From an uncultured Chthonomonadaceae bacterium (GTDB lineage Bacteria > Armatimonadota > Chthonomonadetes > Chthonomonadales > Chthonomonadaceae), in the NCBI GenBank assembly GCA_963817895.1, contig CAWFQB010000009.1:94868-158867 (forward strand): DNA of 64,000 nt, in the 5' to 3' direction. Numbering within the stretch: the stretch's first letter is position 1; every line of letters starts with the position of its first letter. Both the position numbers and the translations under genes were made by a program. The notes beneath the pieces were generated by a model. The model was not told the origin of the DNA and ran no database searches. It was given only the letters and a program-made list of their open reading frames with translations. Shown here piece by piece: positions 54,731 through 64,000 of this stretch.

Positions 54731-55723
54731 ATGAATGGACAGGATGCGATACCGGAGAGTGTCTTCGCAGGAAAGATGCGGGCCGCGCGCGTTCACAAAT
54801 TCGGGGGATTGGACGCGCTGGCGTGTGAAATGATACCGATTCCCACGTCGGGGAACGGGCAGGTTTTGGTTCAGGTTCGGGCGGCGGGAGTCGGCCCGTG
54901 GGATGCCCTGATCCGAACCGGAAACAGTGGGCTGGGCCATACGCTGCCGCTGACGCTCGGCTCCGACTTTTCCGGCGTGGTAGTGGAAGTCGGGCCGGAT
55001 GTTTCCGGTTTCCACAGTGGCGACGCGGTTTTTGGCGTCACCAACCCGCAGTTTATCGGGGCGCAGGCCGAATACGCTGTCGCGAATGTGGACATGATTA
55101 CGCATAAACCGGAGTGGATGAGTGATATTGAAGCGGCCTCCCTGCCGGTTGTGGCGATGACGGCCTGGCAGATGGTGTTCGAGCATGGACAGGTGAAACC
55201 CGGACAGCGCGTATTGGTACATGGCGGGCGCGGGCAATGTCGGCGCGTATGCCGTTCAGTTCGCGAAATGGGCGCGGAGCCGAAGTGATTGCCACCGCGT
55301 TCCCGAAGACATCGAATATGTCTACAATCTGGGCGCGGATCAGGTATTGACGCGCAAGCGGTTTGCTTTGAAGAGCGCGTGAAGGATGCAGACGTTGTGC
55401 TGGATACGGTCGGGGGCGAGATGCTTGATCGTTCGTTTGCGGTTCTCAAACCGGGCGGCGTTCTGGTGTCTCCGGTCGCAATGCCGGATCAGGAAAAGGC
55501 GGCGCATGACCTTGTCCGCACCGCCTTCTTCTATGTGAAAGTAACGACGGAAGCGCTGAACAGGGTGGTTCAGCGGCTTAATGAGGGTCAGCTTGTCACG
55601 CAGGTCGGGGAAATCCTGCCCCTGACCAAAGTGCGACTGGCCCATGAAATGCTGGCCGGCAAGCCCCACAACCGGGGCAAAATCGTCTTGATGACGCAGC
55701 GAATAACTACGGATACTATCTGA
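54731..55723 (+). CDS. NADP-dependent quinone oxidoreductase, MDR family (frameshifts at about 55230-55340)
   Basis: VQVRAAGVGPWD, LGSDFSGVV, AASLPVVAMTAWQ, GQRVLVHG, DVVLDTVGG and GKIVL. Confidence 0.9.
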
Positions 55724-55803
55724 AAAGTCTGGTCGCGAAAACAACAGCGAAAACGCGCTATGAATAGCAGGCCAGGCGCGACGCGCAGCAAATCAGAGAA
55801 ATA

Positions 55804-56991
55804 CTACTGCCATTCGAGGCAGGCGCGTAGGTAGTGGTTGTAGCGGGGGTTGCGCAGTTTTTTCAGGGCTTTGGCTTCGATCTGGCGGATGCGTTCGCGG
55901 GTGACGCGGAAATGCCGCCCGACCTCTTCCAGCGTTTTCTGGCAGCCGTCTTCCAGCCCGAAGCGCATAATCAGCACATCCTTTTCCCGCGTGGTGAGGT
56001 GGTTAAGGATGTCTTCGATGCGTTCGCGCACCATGCGATGCGTGGCGGCGTCGGAGGGCGCCAGAACGCTCGTGGTCTTCTACAAAATCAGACAGATGGC
56101 TGCCCTCTTCCTCGCCGATGGGTGTTTCCAGAGAAATAGGTTCCGGGGCGACGCGGATGATTTCCGACACGCGCTCCACTGTGACCTCTAACGCGCAGGC
56201 GATCTCTTCCAGCGTGGGTTCGCGGCCCTTTTCCTGCAAAAGTTGCCCGGAAGTTTTCATCAGCCGGTTGATGGTTTCCACCATGTGAACAGGGATGCGA
56301 ATAGTACGCCCCTGATCGGCAATGGCGCGGGTGATCGCCTGCCGTATCCACCACGTCGCGTACGTGCTGAACTTGTAGCCCCGGCGGTAATCGTACTTTT
56401 CCACGGCGCGTATCAGGCCGAGATTGCCCTCCTGAATCAAGTCGGGAAACGCCATGCCGCGCCCGCTGTACTTTTTGGCGATGCTGACCACAAGGCGTAA
56501 ATTGGCCTGCGTAAGCGTGTCTTTGGCGCGTTTGGCGGCGCGGGGGTCTTCCTTTTCGCGTTCGATGCGCTTGGCGAGGCAGATTTCATCCGCAAGGGAG
56601 AGCAGGGGCGTTTTGCCGATTTGCCGCAGCCAGCAACGGACGCTGTCGTCGAGCGCGAGGCTGTCCGGGGGCGCAACCTCCTCTTCGGCGGGTTCCGGTT
56701 CCTTGCCGAGCAGGGGGGCGGCATGTCGGACAGGCGCAGGGGCGGGGCGTCGTTATTCGCGGCAAGGCGCGGCACCACTTCAATGCCCTCCTGCGCGAAA
56801 AAGTCCACAAGGTCATCCACGGGATCGCTGTCGCCCTCCGCGTGGCTCAGGTCGTTTCGGCCCAGATTCGAGCCTAAACGGTCTTGGATTTCCTCGTAGG
56901 TAAGGAAACCGCGATCCCTGCCCTGAATCAGCAGGTGGCGCAATTCCTCCGTCCCTGTGGCCGTGTCAACGGCGATGCTGGTAACGCCCAC
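55804..56991 (-). CDS. rpoD: RNA polymerase sigma factor RpoD/SigA (frameshifted read)
   Basis: Region 1.1 [66 protein letters not shown], and [27 protein letters not shown]. Lies downstream of dnaG. Confidence 0.93.
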
Positions 56992-57086
56992 TGCGACACT
57001 CTCCTTTTACGCGCTTGCTTATTTCGGAACCACTCTGTAACGAGCGAAATGTGGTGGAGGCAATGTCTTGAACGCGCATTATGCGG

Positions 57087-59354
57087 TTACGCGCCCTCGT
57101 TGTGGGGGGTGAACCGCGCAATTCGCGCATCTTTTCCTGATACTGATGGATGGCAATCTTCTGCTGTTCGGGCGACAGGTGTTCCAGTTGCAGCAGCACC
57201 GCGCTATCGGCGCGTAACTCCTGTTCGGCGCGGTGCTTCTTCAATCGCCCGATACAATTCACGATGATCGCTTCGTTCAAACGCTCATTCGACGCCAGAA
57301 ACGGAGAATCCTCCAAGACTTCGCGAATAAATTCAGAGAATTTTGCGGGAACAGGGGTGTTCGGTGTTCGGTATTCGGTATTCGGTTGTGATGAAGCCTC
57401 TCCTTCTCGTATCTCGTATCTCGTATCTTGTATCTTCTCCTCTTCTCCTCTTTTCCTTGTCTCCTCTTCTTCGTCTTTTGCCTGATGCAGAATAGGAAGC
57501 GGGTCAACGCCGCCCTCCATATTCGACGGGGTGCGGGCGATGATTTCAAACAGGCGCTGGCCGTTGGGCGTTATCAGCCACTCGGCGCGGACGTTACTCA
57601 GCACGAACACGCGCCATTCGGGGCTGAAAACCGCGCGCAGCAGTTGCCGTTCCGCTTTTTCCACACCCGAAAGCAGGGGCGAGTCGGTCGAGGGCGGCGT
57701 GGGATCGCTGATCGGGCGAGGCGGATATTTCCCTTTGCCGCCGTAGCCGTTGCCATTATAATTGTTTTTGCCGTAGCCGTTGCCGCCGTTGCCATTTTTG
57801 CCGTAGCTGTTCCCGTATCCTCCATTTCCGTTGCCGCCGCTTTGTCCGCCCCGGTCGTCTTTGCGGATTACCTGTTGGGTGTTGGGCCAGGGTCCGGGCG
57901 GGCGGTTGCCCCACTGGTTCGGGTCGGGGCCGCGAAACGCGGGGGGCGGCGTGTCCTGCAAGGGCTGCTGATTGGCCTGCTCCGTGAGCGGAAAGCCCTG
58001 ATCGCGGGGTGAGCGGGCGTTGTTGGTCTGGCGGGCGTAGGTTTCCGCGTCCGTCAAAATCGAATTGATGGCGCGTCCCAGATCGTAATTATGAAGCGGG
58101 CTGAGAAAGGCGAACTTTTGCGCATACAGGTCGCGCCGGGTAGACTGCTGCACGGTTGCCAGAATGGGAATCAGTTCGGCAAGCGCGTCCGCCCGCCCCT
58201 GATCTGTTTGCAGGTTGTGGCGGTGAATGGCGAGTTCCATTTGAAAATCTACGCGGGGAATGGCGTTGTCGAGCGCGGCCTGAAACAGGGCCGCGCCATT
58301 GGGCCGGTCGCGCAGGATAGAGTCGGGGTCGTCGCCGTTGGGCAGGCGGGCAACGCGCACTTCGGCCTTTTCTACGCCCATCTCTTCCCGATCTTTGCGC
58401 GCCTGTCAAAGCGGCGCTGATACCCGCCCGGTCCGCGTCGTAGCACAAAATCACGCGGGGATTGTAGTTTTTCAGCATTTTCGCGTGCTGATCGGTCATG
58501 GCCGTGCCGAGTGTCGCCACGCACTGCGTAAAGCCTGCCTGATGCGTGGTAACAACGTCCACGTAGCCTTCCACGAACACGGGCGGCGTGTCGCCGCCGA
58601 TCTTATTTTTAGCGAAAAACAGCCCGTACAGTGTCTCGCTTTTATGAAATATCAGGGAGTCGGGCGAGTTCATATACTTCGGCGGATCGTCGTCCATTGC
58701 CCGCCCGCCAAACCCGATAACGCGCCCCTGCCTGTCGTGAATGGGAAACATCGGGCGATTGCGGTAAAAGTCGTAATAGCCGCCGTTATCGCGAGTTCGC
58801 ACCAGGCCGATTTGGGCGGCCAGTTCCATATCGGCGTCTATGTCGGCGCAAATGGGTGACAAACGCATCCCATTCCCCCGGCGCGAAGCCGATTTCCCAC
58901 TGCTCCTGCGTGGATTTGAGTATGGCGCGTTTGCCAGATACTCTTTGCCCTCCGCGCTGCGGGTCAGATTGTCCTTGAAAAAGCCCACCGCCAGCCGATT
59001 CAGTTCCAGCGCCTGTTCGCGTTCGCTCGCCTTTTGCGGATCAACAGCCTTGCGCTCGAACGCTATCCCCGCCCGCTTCGCCAGATATTCAAGGGCTTCG
59101 ATAAAATCAAGATTCTCTTTCTTCTGAATGATCGAGAAAATGTCGCCCTTTTCCCCGCACGACCAGCACGTATAACTTTGAAATTGCGGGCTGACGTTGA
59201 AGGAGGGCTTTTTGTCGTTGTGGAAGGGACACAGGCCCGAAAAGTTCTTGCCCGTTTTTTTCAGCGTGGTATACTGCCCGACAATATCCACAATGTCGGT
59301 GCGGGCGCGTACTTCTTCTTTTATATCTTGCAGGCTGCGTTCAAATTCCGGCAT
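57087..59354 (-). CDS. dnaG: DNA primase (frameshifts; long low-complexity C-terminal insert)
   Basis: GLCPFHNDKKPSF and CWSCG zinc finger, GFGGR, KYMNSP, VEGYVDV, ATLGTA, CYDAD and DPD. The stop at 57087 is inferred across a homopolymer indel. Confidence 0.93.
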
Positions 59355-59396
59355 TTTGGGTTACTTTCACCACAGAGACACAGAGACACAGAGGTT

Positions 59397-60764
59397 TCAC
59401 AGCTGATAAATCTCGCGGTACTTCGCGTTCAGGTAGTCCATGTAGTAGCGCGACGTGAGCGGTTCTCCGGTTGCTTTTAGGACCAGTTCTCTGGGCAGGT
59501 ACTTGCTGCCATGCGCGTGAACGTTGGTTCGCAGCCAGTCCAGAATTGGCATAAACTCGCCTTCCGCCATCTGCTCATCGCGGTCGGGAACGGCCTGCCC
59601 GATATGATGCCACAATTGCGCTGAGAGGAGGTTGCCGATGGAATAGGTGGGGAAATAACCGATGAGTCCCGCCGACCAGTGTACATCCTGCAAGCAGCCG
59701 TCCGCGTCCGAGGGCGGCGTCATGCCCAGGTACTCCTCCATTTTGGCGTCCCAGGCATCCGGCACATCGCTTACGTCCAGCGTTCCTTCCAGCAGGGCGC
59801 ACTCCAGTTCAAAGCGCAGCAGGGTATGCAGGTTATACGTGGCTTCGTCGGCTTCGATGCGGATGAGGGACGGGGTGACTTTGTTGATGGCGCGGTAATA
59901 CGCTTCCGGCGTGGCGTCGGCAAAGGCGGCCGGGAACGCCTGCTGCAATTGCGGGAACAGGTACGTGGTAAACGCGCGGCTGCGCCCGACAAGGTTTTCC
60001 CACAAGCGAGACTGGCTTTCGTGGACGCCCAGACTGGTTCCTCCCGCAAGCGGCGTACCCTCGAATTCGGCAGGCGAACCCTGCTCATACATGGCGTGTC
60101 CCGCCTCGTGCATGGAGGCGTAAACGGACATGCTCAGATAACGCGGATCGAATCGGGTGGTGATACGCACATCGTCACGGCTGAAGTTGGAACAGAACGG
60201 ATGCTCGGCCACGTCCTGCCGCCCCCGCGTCATGTCGAACCCGATGGCTTTTACAATGTCGAGCGTGAGTTTGCGCTGCGCGTCAACGGGAAAATCGCCG
60301 TGAATCAGGCTGTCGTCAACGGGCGCTTTGCTTTGCGCGATGGCCTGTATCAGCGTTACGAGTTGCGGCTTCAACTCGGCGAACATGGCGGCGACATCGG
60401 CCTGTTTGGTTCCGGCCTCATACTGGTCAATCAGGGCGTCATACGGGTGCGCCTCATAGCCCAGATGTTCCGTCGCCTGACGAACCAAATCCAGCATCTT
60501 TTCCAGATTGGGCGCGAAAAAATCGAAATCCGACATTTGCCGGGCGCGTACCCACACTTCCTGCGACAAAGACGAGTGGCGCGAAATCTCGACAACGAGG
60601 GCTTCGGGCAGTTTGGTCATGCGGTCATAACTGCGGCGCAGGCGGGCAAGCATCCGTACTTCGTCGCTGTCGGCATTCTGCCCCTGTGTTTCGGCTTCGG
60701 CTCTGGAAAGCAGACTTCCCATCTCGTCGCTTGTCTGCATCTGGTACAGCAGTTGACTGATTGT
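59397..60764 (-). CDS. M32 (carboxypeptidase Taq-like) metallocarboxypeptidase, 5-prime truncated
   Basis: HPF, DVRITTR, HEAGH, HESQSRLWEN, IRIEADE, GCLQDVHW and GYFPTY. The N-terminus is missing at the junction. Confidence 0.92.
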   Translation of the reverse strand, partial: TISQLLYQMQTSDEMGSLLSRAEAETQGQNADSDEVRMLARLRRSYDRMTKLPEALVVEISRHSSLSQEVWVRARQMSDFDFFAPNLEKMLDLVRQATEHLGYEAHPYDALIDQYEAGTKQADVAAMFAELKPQLVTLIQAIAQSKAPVDDSLIHGDFPVDAQRKLTLDIVKAIGFDMTRGRQDVAEHPFCSNFSRDDVRITTRFDPRYLSMSVYASMHEAGHAMYEQGSPAEFEGTPLAGGTSLGVHESQSRLWENLVGRSRAFTTYLFPQLQQAFPAAFADATPEAYYRAINKVTPSLIRIEADEATYNLHTLLRFELECALLEGTLDVSDVPDAWDAKMEEYLGMTPPSDADGCLQDVHWSAGLIGYFPTYSIGNLLSAQLWHHIGQAVPDRDEQMAEGEFMPILDWLRTNVHAHGSKYLPRELVLKATGEPLTSRYYMDYLNAKYREIYQL

Positions 60765-61500
60765 TCGTCTGCGGCGGCATCGATGTGCGGGCGGCCGTGT
60801 CACGCGAAGGTGCTGGCGGCGCTGCGGCGCTTCGCCGAACGTCGCGTCCCGCTGGGCGCGCTGTGCACCGGCGGCTATGCGCTCGCCAAGGCCGGGCTGC
60901 TGGAGAAGTATCGCGCCACGATCCATTGGGAGAACCTTCGGCACTGCGAGAGGAATTCCCCCGCATTCTGCTCAGCAACCAGCTCTTCACCATCGACCGC
61001 GACCGCTTCACCTGCTCCGGCGGCATCGCGCCCCTGGACCTGATGTTGCACCTGGTGAAGACGAAACTGGGCGCGCGGATCGCGCAACTCATCTCCGAGC
61101 AGTTCATCGTCGATCGAATCCGCAATGACCGCGACCGGCAGTACGTCCCGCTGCGCGCGCAGATCGGCGTCGGTCACGAGAGGTTGATTCACGCCGCGCA
61201 ACTCATGGAGCAGAACATCGAGAAGCCGCTGTCACTCGATGAGATCGCCGGCCGCCACTGAGCTGTCGCGACGCCAGATCGAGCGGCTGTTCAAGCGCGC
61301 ATCTCAACTGCGTACCGAAGCGCTACTACCTGCAGATGCGGCTGCGGCGCGCCCGCGAGCTGTTGCTGCAGACCTCGATGCCGATCATCGACATCACCAC
61401 CGCTTGCGGCTTCCGGTCCCCGCCGCACTTCTCCAAGTGCTACCGCGGCGCAGTTCGGCTACCCGCCGAGCGCCGAGCGCCAGACCGCCGGGCGCAAGTC
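60761..61500 (+). CDS. GlxA-family (DJ-1 plus AraC) regulator, GbdR-like, 5-prime truncated and frameshifted
   Basis: LFVCGG, GALCTG, ATIHWEN, DRDRFTCSGG, MEQNIEKPLSL and LRRARELLLQT. End approximate. Confidence 0.88.
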
Positions 61501-61687
61501 GGCGGCAGCGCCCGGCCCGGCGGTGCTGCCGGCAGCGGCCCATCGATTTTGGGACGCTGCCCGGCGCTCGCCTGCAATTCGGCACGTCGCTGGCGGGCCG
61601 GCCTGTCGCGGCAGACATGCCCCGGTCGCAAGGCGCTAGTCCCACGCCACAGGCCCGCGCATAACAATTGCGCGCAGCGGGAGACCT

Positions 61688-62395
61688 ATGGCAGACCAGG
61701 CCGAAGGCGAATTTGATCTTAAGACTTAAGCGACGAGGAGCTCGTCGAGCAGGTCCATGACGACCTATACAACGGACTGAAGAGCGAGATCGAGGAGGCG
61801 ACCCGCATCTTTCTCGCGCGCGGCTGGGGGCCGAGAAGGTACTGAACGAGGCGCTGGTCGAAGGCATGCGCATCGTCGGCATCGATTTCCGCGACGGCAT
61901 CCTGTTCGTGCCCGAGGTGCTGCTCGCCGCCAACGCCATGAAGGCGGGCATGGAGATCCTGCGGCCGCTGCTGGCCGAGACCGGCGTCGAGCCGATCGGC
62001 AAGATCGTGATCGGCACCGTCAAGGGCGACATCCACGACATCGGCAAGAACCTGGTGTCGATGATGCTCGAGGGCGCCGGCTTCGAGGTCATCGACCTCG
62101 GCATCAACAACCCGGTCGAGAAATACCTGGATGCGCTCGAGAAGCACAAGCCGGACATCCTCGGCATGTCCGCGCTTCTCACCACGACGATGCCCTACAT
62201 GAAAGTCGTGATCGACACGATGAAGCAAAAGGGCATCCGCGACGATTACATCGTCCTGGTCGGCGGGCGCGCCGCTCAACGAGGAGTTCGGCAAGGCGGT
62301 GGGCGCGGACGCATATTGCCGCGATGCCGCGATCGCCGTCGAGACCGCCAAGAGCCTGATTGCCGCGCGCCGCGCCGCGCGTCGCGGCCGCCTGA
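61688..62395 (+). CDS. Corrinoid (B12-binding) methyltransferase-system protein (frameshifted)
   Basis: HDDLYNG, GILFVPEVLLAANAMKAGM, GTVKGDIHDIGKNLV, GMSALLTTTM and GADAYCRDA. Confidence 0.9.
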
Positions 62396-62408
62396 GGCGA
62401 CTACGCTC

Positions 62409-63025
62409 GTGGACAGCCGGTCGCGGCGCACTGGTGATTGCCTGCGGGGCTCTGGCACGGGAGATCGCCGCACTGCGCCGGGTAAACGGCTGGACGCAGC
62501 TCGACGTGTGCTGTCTGCCCGCCGGAGCTGCACAACCGGCCCGAGCGCATAGCGCAGGCGAAGTGCGCAAAAAGATCCGCATGCACCGCGAGCGCTACCT
62601 GCGCATCTTCGTCGCCTACGGCGAGTGCGGCACCGGCGGCGGCCTGGATGCCGTGCTGCGCGAGGAGGGCGTGGAGCGCATCCCCGGTGCCCACTGCTAT
62701 GAATTTTTTGCCTCGCCGCAGGTGTTTGCCGCGCTCGCTGAGGCAGAGCCTGGCACGTTTTATCTTACCGATTTTCTGGTGCGCCATTTCGAGCACCTGG
62801 TGATCGCGCTCACTGGGGCTGGACCGGCATCCGGAGCTTGCGCCGCTGTATTTCGGTAACTATCGCCGGGTCGTCTATCTGGCGCAGGCACCCAGCGAGA
62901 GCCTCGCTCGCCGCGGCGCAGGCCGATCGCCGCGCGCATGGGACTGCGAGTTCAAATTGCAGTTCACCGGTTACGGCGGGCTTGCTGCCGGACTGCAGCG
63001 ATTTGTGCCGGCGAAAGGAGGATAG
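62409..63025 (+). CDS. DUF1638-family protein (frameshifted)
   Basis: LVIACGALAREI, FVAYGECGTGG, PGAHCYEFF and GTFYLTDFLVRHF. Confidence 0.8.
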
Positions 63026-63031
63026 CAGCGC

Positions 63032-63379
63032 ATGGCAAGCCTGATCGTCATCTCCTGGCGCGATATTCCGGCGCAAGTGCTCGCCAAGCGCGGCCGCGAA
63101 ACTGTCAAGGTGCAGCTCAGCGCGCGTTTTCAGGAAGCGGTGGATCGGGCGGCGATGCGCGCCGGCAAGGGCAGCTCGGACGCCTATCTTGCCGACTGGC
63201 GGCGCGTGCCGCGGGATTGCGGTGAGGATCTGCAGGCGGAGGCGGCCGCGGAGGCGGCGCGGCTCGAGGCCCGCTACAGCGATGAGGATCTTGAGCGCGT
63301 GATCCGCGCCAAAGGCATCGATGAGCGCAACGCACGCCCTGAGGACCGCGCGGTTTCAGCGGAATCCGAGGCGCCCTGA
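63032..63379 (+). CDS. Virulence-factor-domain (PF13769-like) small protein
   Basis: WRDIPAQV, RFQEAVDRAAM and DAYLADWR. Confidence 0.8.
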   Translation: MASLIVISWRDIPAQVLAKRGRETVKVQLSARFQEAVDRAAMRAGKGSSDAYLADWRRVPRDCGEDLQAEAAAEAARLEARYSDEDLERVIRAKGIDERNARPEDRAVSAESEAP

Positions 63380-63855
63380 TGTACGCCGTGCGTCTTTGGT
63401 CCACGCGCCATGCGCGCGGGCTTGCACTTTTTTACCGTCTGTTCGAGTCCATGCTGGTGCGTCTGCACAGTGTGGCAAGCGCGATCGGCTACACGCCCCT
63501 GGAGCGGCCCGTCGCCGCGGTTGAACGCGCCGTCAAGGGGTTTCTGTTTGACTGCCAGATGTGCGGCCAGTGCGTGCTCAGCTCCACGGGCATGTCCTGC
63601 CCGATGAACTGTCCGAAGAACTTGCGCAACGGACCCTGCGGCGGCGTCCGCGGCGACGGTCGCTGCGAGATCAGGCCCGAGATGCGCTGCGTCTGGGTCG
63701 AGGCGTATCAGGGAGCCCAGCGCATACCCGGCGGGGTCGCCGCAATGCAGGGCCTGCAGCATGCCGTCGATCGACGCCTGCAGGGAACCTCGTCGTGGCT
63801 GCGCGTCATGCGCGAAAAGGCCGCACCGATTGCGCGCGGTTGCCGTGATCTTTGA
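63379..63855 (+). CDS. Methylenetetrahydrofolate reductase C-terminal-domain (MetV-like) protein
   Basis: FDCQMCGQC, CPMNCPKNLRNGPCGG and CVWV. Confidence 0.88.
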   Translation: MYAVRLWSTRHARGLALFYRLFESMLVRLHSVASAIGYTPLERPVAAVERAVKGFLFDCQMCGQCVLSSTGMSCPMNCPKNLRNGPCGGVRGDGRCEIRPEMRCVWVEAYQGAQRIPGGVAAMQGLQHAVDRRLQGTSSWLRVMREKAAPIARGCRDL

Positions 63856-64000
63856 GGACGAGCCGGTTCCGGGCTACCCGCTGCCGATTCTGCCCGGGCA
63901 CACCTCGCCCGGCCGCCTGGAGCGGGTGCTGCGCGCCGGAGTGTTCGCCGTGACAGCGGAACTTGCGCCGCCCGATTCGGCCGATCCGGAAGATGTCTAT
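63845..64000 (+). CDS. Methylenetetrahydrofolate reductase, N-terminal part (runs off the window)
   Basis: GTG start, then SPGRLERVLRAGVFAVTAELAPPDSADPEDVY. Confidence 0.8.
   Translation, partial: MIFEDEPVPGYPLPILPGHTSPGRLERVLRAGVFAVTAELAPPDSADPEDVY

Noticed and set aside
56966..57087. DnaG C-terminal extension overlapping rpoD
   Set aside because: Probably an indel in the G-run near 57104-57109. Correcting it gives a TAA stop at 57087 and a normal spacer.
55804..59354. Frameshifts in rpoD and dnaG (and in the SDR, GH2, beta-helix, quinone reductase, helicase and corrinoid genes) as pseudogenes or programmed frameshifts
   Set aside because: They hit essential genes, are single-base and are widespread. 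This fits uncorrected long-read indels.
59397..60944. The 515-aa ORF as a carboxypeptidase with a novel N-terminus
   Set aside because: Its first ~60 residues are the antisense of the GlxA gene beyond the junction.

Overview
Bases 1 to about 60,760 look like a bacterial chromosome segment from a long-read or low-coverage assembly: even rpoD and dnaG carry single-base frameshifts. The lineage is tentatively Armatimonadota-like (inference only). This part holds housekeeping genes (leuB, pruA, rnhA, rpoD, dnaG, an amidase, an M32 carboxypeptidase), glycoside hydrolases (two GH2, GH18, GH140-like), three tRNAs, toxin-antitoxin genes, ISAzo13, ISAs1 and IS4-like elements, a 102-bp MITE and many short dispersed repeats. 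At about 60,761 the sequence switches mid-gene to a GC-richer, proteobacterial-type cluster (GlxA regulator, corrinoid protein, DUF1638, MTHFR), most likely a chimeric join. Four observations stand out. (1) A three-gene module next to the tRNAs: an atypical sigma-70 factor, an XRE-like putative anti-sigma or repressor, and an ImmA/IrrE metallopeptidase fused to a UvrD helicase with an apparently dead Fe-S PD-(D/E)XK domain. (2) An FGE/SUMF1-family gene with an in-frame TGA just before its conserved GFRC motif, followed by a SECIS-like hairpin, making it a candidate selenoprotein. (3) A 55-bp three-hairpin repeat with compensatory base changes and GNA triloops, one copy of which lies inside the MITE. 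(4) A G/N/Y-rich prion-like insert in DnaG and a stand-alone degenerate GyrB ATPase domain. All family calls come from motif recognition by eye; no searches were run.
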